From assembly GCF_001194135.2 (NCBI RefSeq), contig NC_069005.1, positions 1,102,478-1,166,477 of the forward strand: DNA of 64,000 nucleotides, in the 5' to 3' direction. The translations under genes were made by a program, and so were the position numbers. This DNA comes from Octopus bimaculoides (Eukaryota). This document shows, piece after piece, positions 11,116-23,567 of the stretch. A model generated the notes under the pieces. It had not been told where the DNA came from. It was given only the letters and a program-made list of their open reading frames with translations, and did not search any database. Position 1 is the first letter of the stretch, and the number at the start of each line of letters is the position of its first letter.

Positions 11116-14113
11116 ATATATACTTGTATACACATACATACAGATTCACACACACATAAGCTTCCACAGTTTCTGCCAACCAAATTCAATCAGAGGGCAT
11201 TGGTCAGCCTGGAGTTATAGTGGAGGACACTTGACCAATGCGCCACTGCACAGTGGGGCTAATCCCGAGACGACATGGTTCCAAGGGAAGCTTGTTAATC
11301 CCAGCCATCACTCACTTGGTCAGAAAAAGTTCTGCACAAGAACAGGACAGGTTTAAATATGAAATGAAACTAGGGGCATATTTGAATGCGTGTTCTAGAG
11401 AAGAGAGGAAAATGCAATAAAAATGGGACATGGAGGAGAGATAATGAAAAGGAATTTAGAGAAAGAGGTATGAAGATGAGCCGGATAGAGAGAAAGGGAG
11501 AGAGAGAGAAGGGGGGGGGGAAAGAGATTTTTAGGAGCAAAGAAAAGGGAAGAGAGAAAGGGTTAAGTGGGGAAAAAGGAGACAAAAAGATGTAAGAAGA
11601 GACAAAGCAATTTGTCAGGTTGAGACCAGGAGAATGAGATGGAAGAGGTAAGGAACGGATAGAGAGACAGAAGGAAACAAAGAGAGACAGAAATGAGCAG
11701 TGGAGGTGGGTGGGGGAAATAGAGAGAGGGAGAGAAATAAGAGAGTTCTTACCTAAATTGGTTTCCTGTTCAGTGGCTGCTTCTGGAATTGAACCAGTGT
11801 CTTTGGTATCTGGTTTTGCTTTAAATTCATCCTGGATAGTCTTCAAATACTTTTCATAGTCTTTGAAAATGGGTGTCAGGATGCAGTAAGGATCCTTGGC
11901 CACATGCTGCTGCATCCACTGTAATACACTCTTGTTGAGCTTCTTCAGCTGCACGTGCAGCTTGCTGTCGGATTCATCAGAGCCTGTGCTAGCACCGGTG
12001 ATGGAGGCCGCAGCACCAGTCGGTTTGGAAGTATTGCTGCTGCTGCTGGCGTCGAGAAGAGGTTTCATTGTGTTGTTGGTTACAGTCAACGTGACTCCTG
12101 TTGTCGTAGTAGCAGTAGTAGTAGTAGCATTAGGGGTTGATGAGAAACCAGCAAAATTTGCAAATATTCCAGCTCCTGGAGATGCCTGCAACAGAAGACA
12201 CCACCAGAATGTATGTCAGGCGTGAAAGTGTATCACTTCCTATACACAACACTAAAACAACAGACACAAGACGTTCTACTTTCAATATGCCAACACCAAA
12301 ACAGAAATAAAATTCAGAATTGAGGAGGGGATAATACAGAAAATAGGCCAAAGAAATGCTGAAAGTAGCAACCATCTGTTTTCAAGATAGACATAAACAA
12401 ACAAAGCAAAAGTGACATTAACAACATCCAAATTACATCAAAATAATAACAAGCCCTTCACAGTTCACAGCAAGAAAACCCCCTAAACAGACACTTCACA
12501 CAACACACGTACACAAAAGGAACCACAAGACATGCTGCATCTACCGTGAGTAAATTTTAAGTGAAGAATGTAGTATTAAGCCGGCAGCTTAAGTCTGCAA
12601 AGAAACGCCACGAGTGGATTTGAAGTGAAGCTCCTGCTAGCTGGTAGTTAGTTAGAAGACACTTTGGCCATTAGTTTTATATTCTAAGAACTTGGCCGGC
12701 AGCAGCTCTTGAGACACATTAGTCTACTCCAACAACAACAAAAATATACTTACGGTTGAAATATTTGACCTTCGTTTGGCTTTTATTATGTTTCGTTGTT
12801 TCAAAACTTCTTTCTTTGCTGCCACAAACTCTCCAGCCTAGAAAAAAAAAAGACAAAGGAAAATGGTGAATGGACAGAGGCATATTTGACATGCTTCAGT
12901 GCATTTGGACATGACAAGACCTTCCACTGTATAAATAGCCCCAAGAGAAAATCGTTCTCCTTGGGCTGTGAATAATGTTATTGGGCTATTTCTAGAGTGG
13001 AAGGTCTTCTCATGTCCGAATACACAGGACCACGTTGAATATGACTTAGCCACGAAACCTTTTCTATTTTCTCTCCCTGTTTATTTCTGTGTTCCTTTCT
13101 GTCGAAGAGCGTAGGCTCCAAACGTAAAACACTTTCTCACTTCCCGAGCGTTAAACTAATACATCTGTTTGTTGTTTACACACCCGTCTTTGTCTTTTGT
13201 TTTGTAAATTCTCACTATATATTTTATTCAACACTGCTTTGTGTGACATTATTTATTTAAATCATCCACATTTCTCCAAATCTTTCATGCTGACTACACT
13301 GTTATGGTAAAAAGCCATCAACAATGTATTTCTTCTCTGGAATTATCCAGAACAAGCAATGCCTTCATTAATTAAGCCTTTCGCATTCAGATTGCAATGC
13401 TTAGCATGTCGAAAAGATATAGGTAGGAATTGAAGATGGTGTTCTAATGTAAACAATGGTCAGATAAGAGGTTTATTGTGATCATGTTTACAGAGAAGGT
13501 AGGCTTTGCTTGCATCAGGTAGACAGGGGCAATAAGTACTAAGCACAGGTGCAAAAACTGCACCCCCCACTTCTCTCTCTCTCAAGAAGTAGTTGATTGT
13601 TTCTGCTGTTACCCAGAAAATCTAATTAGCAGTGAGAGATGGAGTGTTAAGAAGGCACAAGAAGTAAAGAACCAATTGCAAAAAAGCCCCAGGAGCTATT
13701 AGCTGTGTTGACAATAAAGGGGCTTCCCACTCAGTGGGGAGGATAGATTATATACTGTAATGTTAAGAGGGGATGAATGACAGAAAAGAAATAGGCTGAG
13801 AAAAAAACCTGACCCTAAGAAGAATAAGGTGAAGCAGGGGGGGGGGGAATAGGGTTAGGGTTCACTGTTTTAGATGAGAAAGTGATGTATAATGGAGGTG
13901 AAGAGTTGGGTAAAATAAGATAGATTATGAGGACGAGAGGAAGAAATAGGAAACAGCGAATAGGGATTTTCAGAAGTGGGTTCATTTGTTGAAGAGAAAG
14001 TGAGAAAGGACAGCAACAAGATGTTGTGTTAGAGAATATTCATCTAACCAATGCAAAGTATGGGAAAAAAACAAGAAAAAATGAAAATTACCAACTGCAA
14101 AATGAGGATTATG

Positions 14114-14155
<42 letters not shown>

Positions 14156-14737
14156 TGAGGGAAAAGAAGTAAAGCCTGGCTCTCTGCCAATTATGCTTTT
14201 TGCATTGGGTCTACTGCAACACACACTCTCTGTCTCTCTCACTGCTTTGTGCAGGTGTGAACATTACAAACACAATGCCAATAATGATAGCTAAAACCGT
14301 TTCCAAGTATTTCAAGCAGTGACAGAGATAATGGTGGAGGTGGACAAAACAGAAATTACACTCATATACATACATATATACACCCACACAACATATATCA
14401 TGTGAGAATATAGTGCAGTGCACATATATATACATCTGTCTCAATAAACTCTGTCAGACCCATGCATAACTGGAAGTTATATCAATGGTGATGATGATGA
14501 GGATGAGGAGGAGGTGGACCCTATTTTGTAAGCATTCTTTCTTTCCATCACAGTTTGAGAAAATTCTACAAAAGTGTGTGTGTGCGTGAGGGAAGCAAGT
14601 TACCAAAGCACCAAAATAAATTTTGCACAATATTTTGCCCTTTTGCTCTTGATCCGTGCATTAACTGCAACAAAGTGCAGCAATGTAAGCAACACCACAG
14701 TGGTTTTCTTTTCATATCTTTTTCTTTATTTGTTGTC

Positions 14738-14775
<38 letters not shown>

Positions 14776-15035
14776 TTTACTTATGATCTTAGAACAGTGA
14801 GGTTGCATTTTCTGCTAGAAGGAATGTCCTCATCCAGCATTCTGCCATCCCTTTTAGTGCCCCACCCAGCGTCACTCTTCTTGTCTCCCCAAAACCAAAG
14901 GGTTTTTATTTTAGTGAGACTTGTCAGTTGTTGCCATTGATATAAGCAGGTAAGAAACAAGAAAAAAAGGGGAGAGACAACAACAAAAAACCCCTCCACA
15001 ACAACACTGGTTTCCCATTGGGTTAAGGTAACAAA

Positions 15036-15074
<39 letters not shown>

Positions 15075-18000
15075 GAGGAGGCAACAAGTGGGGGGAGAGG
15101 AAAGAGAGTTAAAAAAGATGACATAATGATAAGAGCAAGATGAAAAGGAGGGGGGATGGGAGGAGAAGGATGAGGTGTAGAGCAGACGGCTGTAGAGAAG
15201 CCATTAAGAAGCAATTAAACAAGAAAGCAATTAAGAAAATCTAATAATTAAGGAAAATTATGCTGTTAGTGGAATATATGGAATACTGGAATCATTTTGA
15301 TGCTACAGAATGTGGGTGGTGGTGGTGGTGGTGGTGGTGCTGTTAGTATGAGGATTAGTGGAGTGTCAGAAAGTTGGGGTGGTCATATTGTAGGATTTAA
15401 TTATATTCGTTTGATTTTCAAGCAAAACCCACCCAAGCTGACATGGTGATGGGGGTTGATAAAACGAGTCCTGGTTGAGTGCTGAGGGGGGAGGGGGGTC
15501 GATGCAACTGACTTACCTCCACCTCTCCTGAAATTGCTGGCCTTGGGCCAAAATTTGAAACTAGAATCATCATCATCATCATCATCATTAAGGTGGCAAG
15601 CTGGACAAAATGCTTAGCAGAATTCTGTCTTTCTGAGTTCAAATTCTCAACCACATGATTCCGGTTTCAATCCCACTGCATGACACCTTGAGCAAGTAAA
15701 CTCTACCATAGCCTTGTGAGTGGATTTGGTAGACAGAAACTAAAGACTTGGGGTCGATAAATTAAGTACTAGTTGAACAGTGGGGTCACTGTTCAACTAG
15801 CCCCCTCCCCTCAAATTCCAGGCCTTGTGTCTTTTGTAGAAAGGATTATTAAGGTCGTGAGCTGGCAGAATCGTTAGCACGATGGACGAAATGCTTAGCG
15901 CTATTTCGCCCATCACTATGTTCCGAGTTTTAATTCGACCGATTCTGTCCCGTGTTCAAATCCTGGCTTTGAGCCAATCTGAGACATTAGATACCCTCTG
16001 AGTTGAGGGACTCCGAAGAACTTGCTTAACCTGCTAGAAATAGCAACCAAATCTTTCTTTAATCACAACCAACAATCATATAAAAAAAAAACAACATATT
16101 AAGGTATTGTAATTCTAAATGGGATGGCCATGGCTGGAACACTTTTCCTTTTGAACCTAGGGCTAAACAATAATGAAAACCAATATTTCTAAGATAGAAA
16201 TGACACAACGTTGGTGTGTCTCAGAATCTTTAACTCTGGGATCTCTTCATTCTGATTTCAAATCCAACAAAAGCTTGATTTGTCTTTTATCCCNNNNNNN
16301 NNNNNNNNNNNNNNNNNNNNNNNNNNNNNNNNNNNNNNNNNNNNNNNNNNNNNNNNNNNNNNNNNNNNGAGAAATAAAATAGATATTAATAACATAATGG
16401 AGTGGACTTAGTCATATACTTTATCACAATTATTACTACTACTACTACTGCTGCTGCTGCCAAGTTCAATACTGTAGCCAGTATTGATCTCACCTTTCCT
16501 CTTGTGGTTGTTAATTTTGTTTTATTAATGTTGTTTCTAGCATTATTGTTTAACCCCAGGCCAAACCCGATCCAGCAAGCCTTATGATCAAAGCTATTCC
16601 AGCCAGGTTATTTAGTATAGTCTTCTCTTGAGCCCCATTATTTATTTCAGGTGGGATTTGAGGGGAAAGCCAGCAGCCATTTCAACCAGAAACTGCCGCC
16701 ACTGGTTCTGGCTGAAAATTCCAACAAATAAGAGAACAGGACTGGAAAGACGGACTGAAGGGGATCTTTCTTTTACTAGTTTCAGTCACTGGTCAGTGGT
16801 AGTGGTGATGATGATGATGATGACCACCACCACTTTTGCATGTCAGCAAGGATCAGATGAATCTTGCTAAGGAAGACTTTTGTATGACCACATGCTCTTG
16901 TCATCACCCTCGCCTGTTCCCAAGCAAGGTAACATTTCCAAACAGCCAGACATGTTTTTGCAGAAGATTGGAAAATGAATAAGATTCAGTTACAACAACT
17001 CCATGTTGTTGCAAGGAGACACAAACATGTGGCTGTGTGGTAAGAAGTTTACTTCTCAAACACATGGTTCTGGGTTCAATCCCACTGTAATAAAAGGGTT
17101 AAAATCTTGCTGGAGCTGATTTTTGTCCTTCATCATACTTCAATCTATAAAACAGATTAAGGGTCAAATATGACCCCTAAATCCCTTTTGGTTTGGCGAC
17201 AAGGAGTAACAGGTGAGGCACAGTGAATTTTGGGATAAATTCAACAATATCAAATTGAAGAAATTGACAGAGGGGCAGCAGACAGCTCTGGTATTGAGTC
17301 AAAGACAAACAACTGAGATGGCATGAAACCAAATTACCATTCGAGATGGAAACCAATTCCATCGTGTCAAAAATTGGATATATTCTGGAGTTTAATTACA
17401 TAAATATAGAAGAAAAAAAAACAACTCATTAGAAATGGAATTGTTTTGTAAAAGTTAGGATTGGCACACAGAGGTTGGAGAAGAAAGCGAACACAGAAAA
17501 GAAGACTACTTGGGGAAATTATTTTGTAATTAATTACTAATGTGTTTCATGCAATTGGTTAGAGTGTGTGAATGCACCTCACACACACACACTTCTAAAT
17601 ATGTCGAGATGGTTGCAAGGAGGGGGAAAAAAAAAAACAAAAGATAAAATTCAAACTTTAAAAATTAAAATTAAAAACTAAATTAAAAAATGACTAAAAA
17701 TAAGATAAAAATAACATTAAAAGACAACTATAATGAAATATTCTCAAGTCAAAAATAAGAAATGTTTTAATTCTAAATTTAGGCCAATATTTTTGTGTGT
17801 TAATTAAATGTAATGTTTCTTTTGAATGTGAGGGGGGGGGGGAGAAAAAGAGAAGAAAATAGCCATGATGTTATAAATAAATAAAAACAAAAACTATTGA
17901 GTAAGAAAGAAGTAACAATGTTATAAAAGAGCTTATGTCAGTTTTATGGTTTATTGATGTTGTGAGGAGATAGAGGAAGAAATGTCAAGGGATGAACTCT

Positions 18001-21000
18001 CTTTCTCTCCCTCCCTCCCTTCTCTACCTTACTCTTTCATCCACACAATCACACCCTCTCTGTTTCTATCACCAAACCCCACCCAGTTCTGTGCAAGGCA
18101 GTCATTCCCCATGGCCAGACATGTTCTATACAGAAGAACTGGAAAAGAACAGTACAAAACACAATGGGATTCTTTCAGTTTCCGTCCAAACCTATTCCCA
18201 AGGCTTCCTCCTATAGCGCAAGACATTTGCCCAAAGTGTTGTGTAAGGAGACTGAATCTAAACCCCAAGTCCTGGGGTTGATGTAATCGACCAACCCATC
18301 TCCCCTCAAAACTGCTGCCCTTCTACCAAAATTTGAAACCATTATTATTATTATTATTATTATTATTATGGAGCTGTAGAAATGATTTCACAACTCCTGC
18401 TGGAGTTAACTTTCATCTCACTGAGGGGTCAACTGGAGTCATTTGGGAAACATGACTTTCCTCTTCTCAGGGTTCATAAAAATCAGTACCAGATGGGCAT
18501 TGGGGGTGGTATGGGGTGTAATCACACCCCCACCACCGAAACTGCTGGCCTTGTGCCAAAATTTAAATTTGAAATCATTATAATTATGTAAGTTTTTCCT
18601 TTAAGGCAGGGGTTGGCAAACCAGGGTAAATTACCCCAAGTGGGGTAAAAATGAAATTGTTGGGGGAATTCTAATTAGGACTCATTAGACAGGAGTAAAA
18701 TTATATAAAAACCATGTTCCTTGTCAGGAAAGAATTTTTTCTTCTGGCAACCCTGCATCTGTCCAATGTAATGGATGTGTAAAGAGATTCAAGAAACCTT
18801 TTGAATTCAAAGAATTTATGATTTTCTTCCTTTCAAATCAAAGGGGTAACGTCAGCGTAAATAAATATATTTTGGGGGGTTATTGGTTAAAAAAGGTTCC
18901 TCGATCCCTGCTTTAAGGTTTCTTAATAACAACCAAAATTACAGGTGAAGCAAAGACTTGAAACAGTGATTACAGGTGTTGGTTACAACTCACATTTTGT
19001 ACCGTTCAGTACCATTATGTGCTGCAGGGGTTCAGAAAAGGGTTAAACTGAAGGTTTACTACAAAACATAGAACTGTCTTTACTACCAAACTTTCTTTAC
19101 CTGAGCAGAGAGGAAAGAGTTGTTGCACAGGTAAGACTAACAAAGAACTGGTGACCGAGCGTAATTAAGAAACACCTTTGGTTCATGACTTTATGGAGCC
19201 CCCCCCCTTCCCCTCCTATTTCTCTTTTCAATGCAGAGTTCATTCTTTCCTACCATATTGATTGTGGAACTATTTCAAGTTGGTTGTTACATAAACAAAT
19301 TGAATAGAATTTTTATCAAGTTGTTGTGGGAGATGAGATGAAAGCCTTGAGCAATTTATTTCACTCACCAGAGTAAATTCCATCCAGACAAGTTAGCCAA
19401 GTAATATTGAGAAATGGAAAATCAATAAAAGAGTTAAGATAGCAAAGAAGAAGAAGAAGGAGGAGGAGGAAGAAGAAGAGGGACAAGGAGTAGAAGAAGA
19501 CGAAGAGGAGGAGGAAGAAGAGGGACAAGGAGTAGAAGAAGACGAAGAGGAGGAGGAAGGCAACAGCAATCAGACTGTTAGCTGTTACAGTAATATTTTC
19601 TGGAGAAAGACAAAGGCTCCATTGAGCTGGTGACAGTGGCAGCGGCAGTGGTGGTGGTGGGGGAAGCAGGAAGAAGCAAATAATTGGCAATTAATAAAAG
19701 AGAAAACAAAATTTCAGCTTTGCGTAATCGATATTAAAACTATTTTTAATTTTGATATTTTTAAAATGAAAATCTCCAGCACTATAAATTCTTTCTTTGA
19801 CACAAACAGCAGCAGCAGCAGGAAATGCCAGCTCCAGGCCCAAGCTACATTGGTGAATAATGTAAGATACTGTTGAGTAATTCTAAACTTCTACTATTTA
19901 GTTTTCTGGTGGGCTTTTAGTTTTTTCTCCATTTTTCTTTCACCAATACATCTTCGTCAGATCTGCAGCAAAGCTAAGCACAAGAGAGATCGTTAAAGCT
20001 GGCCGTTTTGTTGTGTTATCTAAAAGATGAGTAGGTTAATAAGTAACGAGTATAATTAGAAGCTACCAACGACTGATATTTAATTAAAGAGACCTGGTCT
20101 TTTAAGTAAACAGCAGTAATGTTTAATTCCCAAATATGGTCATCTATCTCTCTATCTAGATTTACTATATCATGTCTGACAAATTAACAAACTCCACTGT
20201 GAAATCTTTCACACACAAAACAATAACACAAATAATAAAATAATAAAACAGTTCTTTCACTTCATAAATAGTCCTCCTGTTTGTAAATGGACTTCATGTA
20301 AGCTTAAATAATAAACCGCGATATGGCGAGGGATTACTCTAAGCCTTGAAACAATATCAATTGATGAGCAAGCAGGGGCCTGCTTTGTTCAGTCCAACTG
20401 GTGCACCATTGGTTACGATAGCAAGGGATCCAGTTGATATGATCAACGGAACAGCCTGCTCATGAAATTAACATGCAAGTGACTGAGTACTCCCCAAACA
20501 CACATACCCCTAACATAGTTCTCAGGGAGATTCAATATGACAAGGCTGGCCCTTTCAAATACAACTCACTCTTGCCAACTGGGTGGACTGAGGAAACATG
20601 AAATAAAGTGCCTTGCTCAAGGGCACAACACACTACTGGGAATCAAACTCATGTCCTTATGGTTTTCAGCTGAATATCCCTCACCACTAAGTCACATGTC
20701 TTCATTCCTACAAGAATTTATGATAACACCTCTTTTTTTTTTTTTGCAAGGGTTTATTTTATTGGTAACACACCTTTTGCATTTCATTTCGAAATGCATT
20801 CCTTAACACTTCTGCAATATTTCTATCAAAATACACTGACTTTAATTAATTTTGAAAATAATAAAGAATTTATGATACAACTGCAAGTTCGTATCACAGA
20901 ACCATGAGTGGTCTCAGGTGTTTTGGTATCAAAAGGATTGAGGAACTGGAAATATTAGCACTATTGTTACATTTGAGAAGAGTCAGAAGACTGGTTCCAA

Positions 21001-23487
21001 CACATGGTTTGAGATAAAAATACTCAAATTAAATCTTCCTATCTTACTGTGCTTCCATATTCTTCAAACTGTGAACATATTTTGACAAATAAAACTTGGT
21101 TTACAGTCTAAACCCTTCCTTATTCCAAAGAGCAATACAACTTGTTGCTTATGCATAAGCAATATTAATCTCTCCCTCTCTCTTTTATTTTATACATTAA
21201 TATTCTTTTTTTCTTGAGAGAATTTGGACTAATTATAATTTTCATCTACATTTAAGTAAACAAAATCTGGATAATATTTTGAATCTTTATTGAAGAACAT
21301 CTTTGCAGTAGCAAAAAAAAATAAAAGCTTTCAGTTTCTTTTCTACGTTGGAGATCGTCGCGGAACGAAACTCAAGTCACGAGGCAAACTCTCGGCTTCA
21401 GTTTTAACGAAAAAAAACTACACACTCACATATATACATACATACGTAAACACAGATAAACACATACTTATGCATCTACATGAATTATTAACATTAAATA
21501 CAAAGAGACGATTTTTTTTTCACATTAAAAATGAAATTACGTTTATCTCAAGAACGTCAGAAAACGTCAGCATGGCCACCGAAAAAAGACAAAAAACAAA
21601 CCTCAAACCTATCGATGCTTCTCATTGATTACACCTCATTTATCCATTAAAGAAATAGTTAATATTTTTTCAGTTAAGATTTTATTTACAGGTTAAAATA
21701 TATAAACCCTGTTTTTATCCCATTTTCCCCTCCTTGCACAAACTAATGCCAAAAATGTTGTTTTTATTTGCTCTAAAAATGCTCCGTAAGTGAAAATAAT
21801 TGAAAAGCGCTACAGTCAGCATATATATATATATATATACATGTAATTTATTTATACACACACACACACNNNNNNNNNNTATATATATATATATATATAC
21901 ATGTAATTTATTTATACACACACACACACGACAAAAAGTCGAATGTCAGAGAAAGTGTTTGTGCTCTATTGTAGCAAATAAATCGATAAATGAATGAAAG
22001 AAAAAGTCTTGCCTGGGATTAGAATAATTGTGTGTGGAAAGGGAGGCAACTCGTGTTGGTAATCGACAGAATCTGTCAAGTTTCTACATTTCACGTATTT
22101 TGGAGAGAGAGAGAGAGGGGGGATAGTGGCAAAAGAACAGAGGAAGGAGGGGTGAGGAGAAGAGAAAAATAAAACGTACTGAAGAGAAGGGAAAAGAAAC
22201 AAACAAACACAGTCCACCCTCCCCACCAAGGTGTATTAAAAGAGGCAGCGCTGGGTCAATTTATGCTAATTTAAGATTTGTTTACATTGGTCGATTGAAT
22301 GCTTGATCTCTCTCTCTGCCTTGTATTGTATTCACCGTCTGGAATAAAATAATACTGTTTCAGTGGGGGAAGGCCCTGACGCAGAATGACCGGTTGCGTG
22401 TGTGTGCGTGTTCGCGTGCACTGTAGCAAAAGCGAACCTAAAGATTCAATAAGCGCGTGTATACACACACACACACACACATAGTAGACCACTGGTGCTG
22501 TCAATAACGACGGTATGTAAGTAAACTTTGAGAATAAAAATGCCAAAACAACAAGAAAATAGGAAAATGATATTTACCACTCTCCCAATATTTATACAGC
22601 TTCGATTACTTTTAAAATTTACAATATGCTGCAGTCAAAAAATTTCACTTGCTATTCTACATTAAGTTATTCTCAACAAATGCTTGATTAATCTCACAAA
22701 TATTGTATATTTCTCGAAAACTGTACGTGCCTTCAAAACTACCAAAAGACACACCTATTTATACATGGGTACATATTCTTACAAAACAGGTTACATCCAT
22801 TTTCTAAAGGTTTCCAAGGGGCAGCAGGATTAGTTTCTGCTAAACCTGCGCATTTACAACACATCCGACGACACATTTCATGCAAAAGGTACAAACAAGA
22901 CATAACAAGCTTTACTATTCACTTTCACCGCAGAAGTTCCTAAAGAACAATATCTCTTGTATAGACGCAACGAGGCACCAATATACCTGGCCTTTCTGAA
23001 TTTTCAATCTGTAATTTCAAATTATTTCTGCTTAGATTATTTATTTATTCATTTATTATTATTTTGTTCTGCTGAAAACAAGAAAAGCATGCAGAATCGT
23101 AAAAAAAAAAAAAGGGCTAAAGTTGGATATATGATAACTCTCCCTCAGTTGAATATGAAAGATAACAGTGGAATAAATGAAGCAGAATAATTAATCGTAG
23201 AATGGGTGTATATACATATAAGGCATATTAAATATATATAGATGACACATAGCGTTGTTATTGATTAGATTTACCAAAGAGAGAAAGGAGAAAGTTTGAT
23301 CATAAGAATTTATGAATATAAAAAATACTAATTGCGCATTACAAGACAAAGAAGAGCAGAATGAGGTTTTGAGTACAAAAACATAAACAAAACGACTCCA
23401 GACCGAACAATTTAAGGTGTTAGAAAGTAAATTATATAAAGTGGAACAAATTCAACAGCCCCAAATGGTTAAATATTACTCGCTATA

Positions 23488-23521
<34 letters not shown>

Positions 23522-23531
23522 NNNNNNNNNN

Positions 23532-23567
<36 letters not shown>

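Noticed and set aside
11370-11752. 127-codon hydrophobic continuation of the exon-3 ORF (looks like a membrane-anchored Nup50 isoform)
   Set aside because: It starts right after a strong GTAAGA donor. C/T-rich intron sequence lacks stop codons by composition alone, so openness is not evidence of coding.
14818-14950. + strand exon-like unit ending CAG|GTAAGA
   Set aside because: All three frames contain stops and nothing links it to other exons; isolated donors are expected by chance.
16850-16910. Minus-strand GTGATGA...CTGA resembling a C/D snoRNA in a Nup50 intron
   Set aside because: It lies within a diverged copy of a dispersed repeat family and is short for a snoRNA.
19440-19630. Acidic E/G-rich reading frame with a 42-bp duplication
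   Set aside because: It derives from GAA/GAG repeats, is antisense within the Nup50 intron, and has no convincing splice sites or homology.
21820-21928. Apparent ~49-bp direct duplication around a 10-N gap (similar pattern at 58800-59045)
   Set aside because: Identical sequence on both sides of a gap is typical of unmerged contig overlaps.
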